Assembly (NCBI GenBank): GCA_002502685.1
Contig: DAQA01000008.1
Coordinates: 73,882-133,209, forward strand
Direction of reading: 5' to 3'
DNA length: 59,328 bases
Source: Euryarchaeota archaeon UBA202
GTDB lineage: Archaea; Thermoplasmatota; E2; UBA202
The position numbers and the translations under genes were made by a program. Positions within the stretch are counted from its first letter, which is position 1; every line of letters begins with the position of its first letter. The notes under the pieces are model-generated. The model was not told the origin of the DNA and searched no databases. It saw only the letters and a program-made list of their open reading frames with translations. Of this stretch, positions 48,119 to 55,519 are shown in pieces.

Positions 48119-48156
48119 AATATTTACCAATATAAAGGTATCAATATTTACCAATA
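48119..48156. promoter_or_regulatory. 14-bp direct repeat, candidate AbrB operator
   Basis: AATATTTACCAATA at 48119-48132 and 48143-48156 upstream of abrB; inverted 10-bp core TATTGGTAAA at 47859-47868. Confidence 0.55.
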
Positions 48157-48626
48157 AATTTATATACTCTTTTGGCCTATCCTGATCTTTCTTTAGATAT
48201 CTATGAAAAAGTTTGCCAAAAAAAGGAACAAGATTATCAGGCCAATAAAGGGTTTTTAAATGGAATTAGTAAAAAAATACGATCAATTTACTCCCCTGAG
48301 ACTCTTGAGCATATGATAGTGATAGATAGCCCCATGATTGGTACCCATAGAGACAAAGAACTAGCCGATATGGGACTATTTAGTTCTGTTTCCCTTGATA
48401 GAGAACAACCAGTTGAGGATATCAAAGACAATATCAAAGACAAAGAAGAGAAAAAAAAAGAGGAACAAAAACCATATGATGAAATAAAAACGGCGATAAA
48501 GAAAGAAGATAAAACAAAACCAATACCCCTCAAGAAACATCAGTATCTGGACCCTCCATTCTTTGGTCGTGTATGTAAATAATTGAAAAGATTTTTGTAT
48601 GAAGAGTTCGATATCTCTTTTGAGGG

Positions 48627-49058
48627 ATGTGGATGGACCCAAAAGAGATTGATATATCGGAATTTTGGTGTTGGAATGAGAAATGCCCAGATTATGGGAA
48701 GAAAGGACAAGGAAACATTGTTCCAAAGGAACAATATGGAAAAGACAATACTTGGTTGTTGGAATGTAAAACCTGTGGCCATTGTTTCAGTGAAAATAAA
48801 GGTACAGTGTTTTTCCAGTTGAAAACACCTAGGAAAGAAGTTCTTCGTACTCTTGCGTTGTTTCCTGAGAAAGGAAGTATCAGGGGCATAAGTCGAGCGA
48901 CAGGTCATGATAAGAATGTTATCATGAATTGGCTTGATGTTGCTGGGGAGCATTGTAAGGAGGTTAATGAGTTTTTTCTGCATGATCTCGAATTAGATAA
49001 GGTCCAAGTGGATGAGATTTGGAGTTATATAAAAAAAAGAAAAAGACGTGACAGTTGA
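48627..49058 (+). CDS. IS1-family transposase N-terminal part (Zn finger + HTH)
   Basis: CWNEKC...CKTCGHCF, GSIRGISRATGHDKNVIMNW HTH, QVDEIWSY (first catalytic Asp). Confidence 0.88.
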   Translation: MWMDPKEIDISEFWCWNEKCPDYGKKGQGNIVPKEQYGKDNTWLLECKTCGHCFSENKGTVFFQLKTPRKEVLRTLALFPEKGSIRGISRATGHDKNVIMNWLDVAGEHCKEVNEFFLHDLELDKVQVDEIWSYIKKRKRRDS

Positions 49059-49749
49059 TGATTCTAAAGAATATGGAACAGTGTATATATCAACAGCGAT
49101 TAAAACAGATACGAGGGTGTTCCTTTCCCATGTGGAAGGTACTAGAACTACAGAGGATTATACAGCGTTGTTTTATGATATAGAAATGAAACGTTCTTTT
49201 CATAGCCCGATTCCAGTATTCACATCTGATAACTGGGATCCTATCAAAGAAGCCCTTGTCACGGTTTATGGAATTTTAGAGCATCCCCCGTATAAGGGCA
49301 TCGGGAGAAAATCATATCCTGTGCTGATCCTACTGAGTGATTTGAAGTACGCTCAGGTTTGTAAAAAGCGGAAAAAAGGAAGAGTTGTTGAAATCGTTCA
49401 ACGTGTTGTGTTTGGCGATCCTGATGAAGTCTTGAATCTTCTTGGTGCAGATCTTGAGGGTACCATTAACACGGCATATGTGGAAAGAATGAATCTTACC
49501 TTTCGAAATTCTCTCGCAAGGTTTATCCGAAAAACAATGAACACCAGTAAGAGAATGAAGATGCATTCACGAGCAATAGATTTTTTCCAGGCATGGTATA
49601 ACTTTGTCAAACCACACAAGTCACTGAGGATATTAATAAACGACGGAAAACGAAAATGGAAACAAAGAACTCCCATGATGGCAGAAGGACTAACCGATCA
49701 TGTATGGACTCTTGAAGAACTTCTTACATTCAAGGTGCCTGTTCAATGA
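49033..49749 (+). CDS. IS1-family transposase C-terminal DDE part (frameshifted)
   Basis: FTSDNW, INTAYVERMNLTFR, YNFVKPHKSL, RTPMMAEGLTDHVWT; frame opens after TAA at 49030-49032. Confidence 0.88.
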   Translation, partial: KKEKDVTVDDSKEYGTVYISTAIKTDTRVFLSHVEGTRTTEDYTALFYDIEMKRSFHSPIPVFTSDNWDPIKEALVTVYGILEHPPYKGIGRKSYPVLILLSDLKYAQVCKKRKKGRVVEIVQRVVFGDPDEVLNLLGADLEGTINTAYVERMNLTFRNSLARFIRKTMNTSKRMKMHSRAIDFFQAWYNFVKPHKSLRILINDGKRKWKQRTPMMAEGLTDHVWTLEELLTFKVPVQ

Positions 49750-49992
49750 TTTCCATACACTACCCATTCTTTAAAGAGTTTTTTAGGGTGTTCGAAGATG
49801 ACTTATTGGCTCTTGGTTTTAAGGCTGGTAACGGCTACCATAATCTAGGGGAATATTACCATAATTTGGATGAACTAGCAAAAGTCATATTGATACCTTC
49901 GTTACCAAAAGAATTACAAATGCTGCTATAAGATATAATCTCTTTCTTCTTTGGTTTATATGTTAGATGATTAAAAAAGGAAGATAAAACAA

Positions 49993-50211
49993 TTGTTTAT
50001 TGACCCCAAATTGGCCTACAGTGCCTATGTTGGCGGAACAGGTAGTGATAAGGGTTATAAAATGGGTGTCGCGGTGGATGGAACAGGTAATGCTTACATC
50101 ACAGGACCCACTACTTCTAGTGATTTTCCTATGGTGAACCCCTATGGCGACACCTCTAATGGCTTTGATGTTTTTGTGGCGAAGTTTTCAATGGGGAGGG
50201 GCACCCTCTGA
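49993..50211 (+). pseudogene. SBBP beta-propeller repeat fragment
   Basis: IDP.LAYSAYVGG.GSD.G...AVDGTGNAYITG.T.SSDFP...DVFVAKF; a single repeat only. Confidence 0.8.
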
Positions 50212-50342
50212 CATTGAAATTCTTCCATCCTATAACACATACCGGGACACCTACATTAAGGGAACAATAACAATAATTAATTTATGCAATTAATAGTTTA
50301 TAAAATAAAATATATATATATACGAAATTATATCTGGATTTC

Positions 50343-50792
50343 ATGGAACAGCATACACACGAGTTTCATGAAGTATGGCACACAATTATACAAGAATTAA
50401 AAAAATTTTCACCCATCAGGACAAAAATGGGTAATGAATTAGGCATTACAGGCATCCAATTTATGTCTTTAAAATATATCAATTTTAATTATGACTGTAA
50501 ACCCAGTGATATTTCAACACAACTTTCTGTCTCTCGCCCTGAAGCAACCCGTATCGTCGAGGTATTGGTCACCAAAGAGCTTGTTGACCGGATTCATGAC
50601 GAACAAGATCGACGAATAACCCACCTTAGAATGACAAGCAAAGGCACAGAGAAATTTGAGGTTATTCTCAAAGAATTTAATGTTTTATTATCAAAAATCT
50701 TGGAAAAAATGAACGAGGATGATATTGAATCATTGATTAAAGGGATGAAAGCTCTGTCCCAGGTCCTGCACAACCTGGAATTAGAGAACTGA
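50343..50792 (+). CDS. MarR family transcriptional regulator
   Basis: ITGIQF, SDIS..L.VSRPEATRIVEVLVTKELVDR, DRR...L.MT.KG. Confidence 0.92.
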   Translation: MEQHTHEFHEVWHTIIQELKKFSPIRTKMGNELGITGIQFMSLKYINFNYDCKPSDISTQLSVSRPEATRIVEVLVTKELVDRIHDEQDRRITHLRMTSKGTEKFEVILKEFNVLLSKILEKMNEDDIESLIKGMKALSQVLHNLELEN

Positions 50793-50822
50793 TTCTTGTA
50801 ATAAAAGAAAAAGGCGACTAAG

Positions 50823-51026
50823 ATGATAATGCAACGACTAGGAAAACAACTATCTAGACACCCCAAAGCAACAATCGCAGCAACGATAGCAATAACCCTG
50901 ATTGCTACAGGGTGCATACAAATATTTGGTATCACTCAGGAATTTTCTGAGGAACCCTTTATGCGTAAGATGGAGCTTGTAAAAATATCATATATTAAAC
51001 GTTATTTTGCTTTTTTATCCTTTTAA
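50823..51026 (+). pseudogene. Truncated N-terminus of an MMPL/RND transporter
   Basis: Closely parallels the first ~56 aa of 55520..58249 (HP..IAATI.ITL...GCIQIFGI.QEF.EE.F...ME.VK.S), then stops. Confidence 0.85.
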
Positions 51027-51134
51027 CTCTTGAAAATATAAGTCAAATTCTTCTAAGATTTTATGCTCATTTTCACGTTACTTTTTTAGCATAGACCAAA
51101 AATCTTTAGAGAAACCAGTAATAACCTGTTTAAG

Positions 51135-51680
51135 ATGCTACAAACTAAACCATCGCTTAAATTCATGATTCCCTGGGTGTTTGCAACTCTTGTATTTTTA
51201 ATGATTTATTTCAGCGGCCCCTCCTGTTATAATAGACTGGCCTTGGTGGCATCAGTAAATTTTTTAGACGTGATCTCAGGTGAAATAACAGCCATCTTGG
51301 TTGGTATTAATTCTGGCTTAAATCCCCTGGTCGTCACATCCTTTATAATTTTTATAGAATCGGATATTTCCCTTATTGTCGCCCTGAATTTTGATATTTT
51401 AAAAAAGCCTCCAAAAATGGGGAAACGGCTAATAACATACGAAAAAAAAATTAAGAACCTTATAGAAAAAAAGAGCTGGTTGAAAACTGCCGCGTTTTTC
51501 GGGGTGATATTAATCACAGCTGTTCCCTCATATGGCACGGGTGCTCTTCCCGCTACGATTATTGGTAGGCTATTGGGTTTAGGGTGGAAGAAAAGTTGGT
51601 TGGCTGTAACTATTGGTGCTGCTGCCCGATCGGTTCTCATCTCACTGATTATCTATTTCGGATACATTGTCCTTGCCTGA
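51135..51680 (+). CDS. Putative small multidrug export (COG2426-like) membrane protein
   Basis: FGVILITAVPSYGTGALPATIIGRLLGL motif, several TM segments. Confidence 0.7.
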   Translation: MLQTKPSLKFMIPWVFATLVFLMIYFSGPSCYNRLALVASVNFLDVISGEITAILVGINSGLNPLVVTSFIIFIESDISLIVALNFDILKKPPKMGKRLITYEKKIKNLIEKKSWLKTAAFFGVILITAVPSYGTGALPATIIGRLLGLGWKKSWLAVTIGAAARSVLISLIIYFGYIVLA

Positions 51681-52268
51681 ATAAAATATGGCTATAACAT
51701 CTTTCCCTACTTCTGTAACTTTGTGGGCACCAAATGACATAAAATATTTTTTTAATCCCTCTGGTGAATAGTCCCAGTTCACTCTGTTGCGGTAAGGGTT
51801 AATGCCATCGTTGTCACCCAAAACCGAATCATAATATTTTCGAAGAAAATTTGGTAATGGAAAGTTAAATGCTTTGTAAGGCTCTACAACAATAAGTTTT
51901 TCCGTTGATTTCAAAGCATTTCGAACGAGGGGCCATTCCTTAGGAACCACATGGTGCAATACATCCGTGATCACACATACATGATTCCTTGGATACCCTG
52001 AGAAATCAAAAATATCTCGCAACTCTACCTTTCGTCCTTTTTTCTTTAAATATCTTATGAATGCTTGATTCAAATCCCAGCCGATATAATCACAACTTTT
52101 GTCTAGATACTCTGCCAAAATTCCTGTTCCACATCCCAGTTCAAATACGATATTGTTACACCCAATTTCCCCGGATATTATTTTATATCTTTCCCTAAGA
52201 CTACTTCTATGCAATACCCGCAAATAGAAATTATATGCTGTGGGATGCATATATGGAATTGCCCTCAT
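51642..52268 (-). CDS. Class I SAM-dependent methyltransferase
   Basis: VFELGCGTG, YIGWDLN, DVLHH, VVEP. Confidence 0.85.
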   Translation of the reverse strand: MRAIPYMHPTAYNFYLRVLHRSSLRERYKIISGEIGCNNIVFELGCGTGILAEYLDKSCDYIGWDLNQAFIRYLKKKGRKVELRDIFDFSGYPRNHVCVITDVLHHVVPKEWPLVRNALKSTEKLIVVEPYKAFNFPLPNFLRKYYDSVLGDNDGINPYRNRVNWDYSPEGLKKYFMSFGAHKVTEVGKDVIAIFYSGKDNVSEIDNQ

Positions 52269-53389
52269 TTCCCCTCAACCGTATTATAAACTTCAATGAT
52301 TTTTTTCCCTATCTTGTCCCATGAATAATCCATTTCTACCATTTTTCTACCCTTTTTTGCTAGATTGTCTCTAAGATTTTTATCACCTAAAAGTTTAATA
52401 ATGCCTTTCGCCAACTCGTTCGGGCTATTTGGTTCAACAAGGCAACCACATTCTCCATTCTTGAGCACTTCAGCAATCCCGCCGACTCTCGTAGAGACTA
52501 CAGGAACACCCGATGCCATCGCTTCTAACATAACTATTCCAAAAGATTCCGCTGTCACAGAGGGCAAAACAAAAACATTAGCAGAATTATAAAGATATGG
52601 CAAAAGGGAATCTTCTACAAATCCTAAAAACATTACATTTTTCTCTAGCCCTACAAGGCGAGCCAATGCTTTCAAGAAAGACAGAATTTTTCCGGTTCCA
52701 GCAATAACAAGAAGAGCATGTGGATATTTTTTAAGCACTTCCTTCATGGAAAAGATTAAAACATCCAATCCCTTCTTTGGGACAATCCTACCAACATATA
52801 AAATAATTGGATTCTCCCTTAACCCTAATTTTTCCCTTGCATATTCTTTTTTTTGTGGTTTAAATTTGGTAACAGAAACACCATTGGGAATTACCAGAGC
52901 TTCTTTTGGGGTAAAATACGAAATAAAATTTTTAGCGGACTCGCTTACTGCAAGGATCTCATCTGCCTTTGATATAGTCACCCTATATCTTGGATAGGCA
53001 TAGCTTATGGCTCGCCAAAAGTGTTCATAATCTGGGAAAAAAGATACGGTGTGGGTTGTAAGTACACTTGAAATATCAAGCTTTGAAGCCAAGGAGAGGC
53101 TAACCAACGATAGCCTTGAGAATGCATGGTGAGCATGAATAAGGTCAAAATTTGATATCTGTGTTTTCATCTTTCTTGCTGCTAAGGGAGAAATGTTTGT
53201 TTTAAACAGTGGACCTTTTATACCCTCAATCTCTACAATTTTTATATTGGTGCTTGGTTTTTCATGATTATTTGTGATTATTGAAACATGTATTTTATTC
53301 TCCGTTAAAACCTCAGATAGTTCCCTCACATGCCTTGCTACGCCTCCGGCGTGTTCATCGAACCATTCCGTTACAATGGCAACCTTCAT
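52265..53389 (-). CDS. Glycosyltransferase family 4
   Basis: GGVARHV, IHAH, IPNGV, YVGRIVPKKG, ESFGIVMLEAMASGVPVV. Confidence 0.94.
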   Translation of the reverse strand: MKVAIVTEWFDEHAGGVARHVRELSEVLTENKIHVSIITNNHEKPSTNIKIVEIEGIKGPLFKTNISPLAARKMKTQISNFDLIHAHHAFSRLSLVSLSLASKLDISSVLTTHTVSFFPDYEHFWRAISYAYPRYRVTISKADEILAVSESAKNFISYFTPKEALVIPNGVSVTKFKPQKKEYAREKLGLRENPIILYVGRIVPKKGLDVLIFSMKEVLKKYPHALLVIAGTGKILSFLKALARLVGLEKNVMFLGFVEDSLLPYLYNSANVFVLPSVTAESFGIVMLEAMASGVPVVSTRVGGIAEVLKNGECGCLVEPNSPNELAKGIIKLLGDKNLRDNLAKKGRKMVEMDYSWDKIGKKIIEVYNTVEGK

Positions 53390-53556
53390 GCTCCTCACTT
53401 CATTCTCCCGTATATAAAACATAATTAGAATAACTCTTTATGCCCATTTTGATATTTGTATTAAAAATATTTCATATTTAAGCATAAATATATTCTTATA
53501 AAACATGTATCGTTTAAAATTCATCAAGCACCCCCCTAACTATCCTAATGAAATCT

Positions 53557-54081
53557 TTACCTCTGACTGTTTTTCAATTCTGTTCCACATTTTTTACAAT
53601 ATCTAGCATCAAATTCATTTGAAGTTCCACATTTTTTACATTCAATTGATTCTATCTCTATTTTAAACAAAGTTTTAGAAGATATTTCTTCAGCTGTCAA
53701 AGCTGCAACTTTCTTCGCTTCCGTTAATACCCTTTTTTTATATTTTTCAAAATCCTTTTTCATTAATGCCTCTTGGGCTATTGAATTAATAAATTCTGAT
53801 AAACCACAAACAAAAATCCAAAAAACAAGATTTCCTTTCAGCAAACCTTTTTTATCAAAAATAAAATAGCCTTTTGACTCTTCACCAATTTTAGGGCTAA
53901 TATTTTTCCAAATTTCACCTGCTTTTCTATGAATTTTTATAATAGAATTATAGGTAACTGGATATTCTTTACTCAATTTTTCCAAAAAAATTTGGATTTT
54001 TATTTCCTCGCTGGACTTTTCATTCATTTTCTCTTTTTCCATTTTCTTTACCGCAATAACGGATTTTAAATTTTTGGGCAC
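53557..54081 (-). CDS. Hypothetical protein with C-terminal zinc ribbon
   Basis: ECKKCGTSNEFDARYCKKCGTEL; start uncertain. Confidence 0.65.
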   Translation of the reverse strand: MPKNLKSVIAVKKMEKEKMNEKSSEEIKIQIFLEKLSKEYPVTYNSIIKIHRKAGEIWKNISPKIGEESKGYFIFDKKGLLKGNLVFWIFVCGLSEFINSIAQEALMKKDFEKYKKRVLTEAKKVAALTAEEISSKTLFKIEIESIECKKCGTSNEFDARYCKKCGTELKNSQR

Positions 54082-54234
54082 AGGGAAATTTTCCCTTTAA
54101 ATTTTGGCATTTATCAGTCCCCCGGTTTTATTAAATATATTGATCTATACTCCAATTTTTCCCATTCTTGCACTGGTAAAATATGAATATAATCTATACT
54201 TGTTAATCATAAATATTAATTACTGTGCACCTGC

Positions 54235-54759
54235 TCAAGTAAGTTTAAGGGCACTTTCTGGGCAAGTGATCTCCATTTTACATAATGAACATTTTTTTTT
54301 CTTGACGATTCCATTTCCATAAACTAATTCAGATAGCCATAATACTACTATTATTATCTTTATTGGATTAAATTCTTGAAAAATCCATGTGATATAAATA
54401 GCAAGGGGAATTAATACAAGAATACCAAAAATCAGAGGTATCACCAGCATTCCACTAAATGAATTGAAGTATTTGCTATCGCTAGGTTTGGATATTAAGG
54501 CAGATAGTCGACCTAAACCCATGCCACACCATTTATCATAATAATAACATTTTGGGCAAGCAAGTTTCGGATGCATAACATACACCACTATGACTCCAAA
54601 GGAAAAATATAGGACTGCAACAAGGGGGCGAAAGTACCAACCGGTGAGGGACCCCAATATAATCCATGATAACATTAACAGGTTGTTTAGTATGATACCT
54701 GATTTTTGATATTCCTCCAAACCGTTTTCATTGAGCTTTACTCTATATGTAATATTCAC
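54235..54759 (-). CDS. Cys-motif four-TM membrane protein
   Basis: Four hydrophobic segments; CPKCYYYDKWC..GLG and CSLCKM..TCP. Confidence 0.7.
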   Translation of the reverse strand: MNITYRVKLNENGLEEYQKSGIILNNLLMLSWIILGSLTGWYFRPLVAVLYFSFGVIVVYVMHPKLACPKCYYYDKWCGMGLGRLSALISKPSDSKYFNSFSGMLVIPLIFGILVLIPLAIYITWIFQEFNPIKIIIVVLWLSELVYGNGIVKKKKCSLCKMEITCPESALKLT

Positions 54760-54825
54760 CCCCGATATTGATTTGCATGTTTATACTTTTATACATATAT
54801 CATTACATCATAAAAAGCATTAGCT

Positions 54826-55059
54826 TCATAGCCTGCTCATCCCGGTAAGGGTTTTTGTGTCTTTAACCCCCTCAATATTTCTTATCTTATTTACCACTAT
54901 CTTCCCAAGTGTGTCAAAATCTTTTGCTTCAATCTTTGTTATTAAGTCATATTCACCAAAAAGGGGATGGACCTCAATAATGTCTTTAATTTTTACTAAT
55001 TTATTATACACCGCATGTTCCATTTGAGGTTTCGTTTGAATGAGAACAAATGCCAACAT
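54826..55059 (-). CDS. Stand-alone Lrp/AsnC ligand-binding (RAM) domain protein
   Basis: LAFVLI...HPLFGEYDLITKIE...IRNIEGVKDTKTLTG; paralog of 32281..32514. Confidence 0.9.
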   Translation of the reverse strand: MLAFVLIQTKPQMEHAVYNKLVKIKDIIEVHPLFGEYDLITKIEAKDFDTLGKIVVNKIRNIEGVKDTKTLTGMSRL

Positions 55060-55071
55060 TCTCGTTCCTCT

Positions 55072-55305
55072 TTATTTCTCTTTTTTAATTATTTCTTCCA
55101 TTTTTTCACCAAATTCTACTAATATTTTACTTAAAATTTCAGCTCTTACTAAAAAAATCCCCCAGTTTTCCATTTCCGTTTTACCTAATACCAAGAGTTT
55201 GTCCCCAGATTTTATCTTATATATTCTTCTTAGATTAACTGGAAGAGCAATCTGTCCTCTTTCACCCACAGTTACACAACCATAGAATTTGACATGTTCA
55301 AACAT
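55072..55305 (-). CDS. AbrB/MazE/SpoVT family DNA-binding protein
   Basis: FYGCVTVGERGQIALPVNLRR...IKSGDKLLV; start uncertain (55305-55320). Confidence 0.88.
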   Translation of the reverse strand: MFEHVKFYGCVTVGERGQIALPVNLRRIYKIKSGDKLLVLGKTEMENWGIFLVRAEILSKILVEFGEKMEEIIKKEK

Positions 55306-55519
55306 TTCCATTATTATCATTGAATAATGGTAAATATGATATTTATGATTTATCATCTAAATCATGATTATCATTAAAAATAAATAGCCTAACAGTATAC
55401 TCCTTCTAACATTCACAAAAATCTAGGATTAAAGATAAGAAAAAAACAGAGAGATGAACAAATACTAACTGGAATTTTAAAAAAAAACCAGTGATGAAAA
55501 AAAGGGTGAATAGAAAAAC

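Larger units (their letters stand above)
48565..49764 (+). mobile_element. IS1-family insertion sequence, 1200 bp
   Basis: IRL GGTCGTGTATGTAAAT versus IRR (revcomp) GGTAGTGTATGGAAAT, 14/16 match; 8-bp TSD CATTCTTT at 48557-48564 and 49765-49772. Confidence 0.92.
48172..49931 (+). pseudogene. Hypothetical gene interrupted by the IS1-family element
   Basis: Removing the IS and one TSD copy fuses ...QYLDPPFF to KEFFRVFEDDLL...QMLL* in frame (131+52 aa). Confidence 0.7.

Noticed and set aside
54064-54109. Palindrome AGGGAAATTTTCCCT flanked by TTTAAATTTT..GGCA repeats
   Set aside because: Low-complexity AT-rich sequence with no supporting context.
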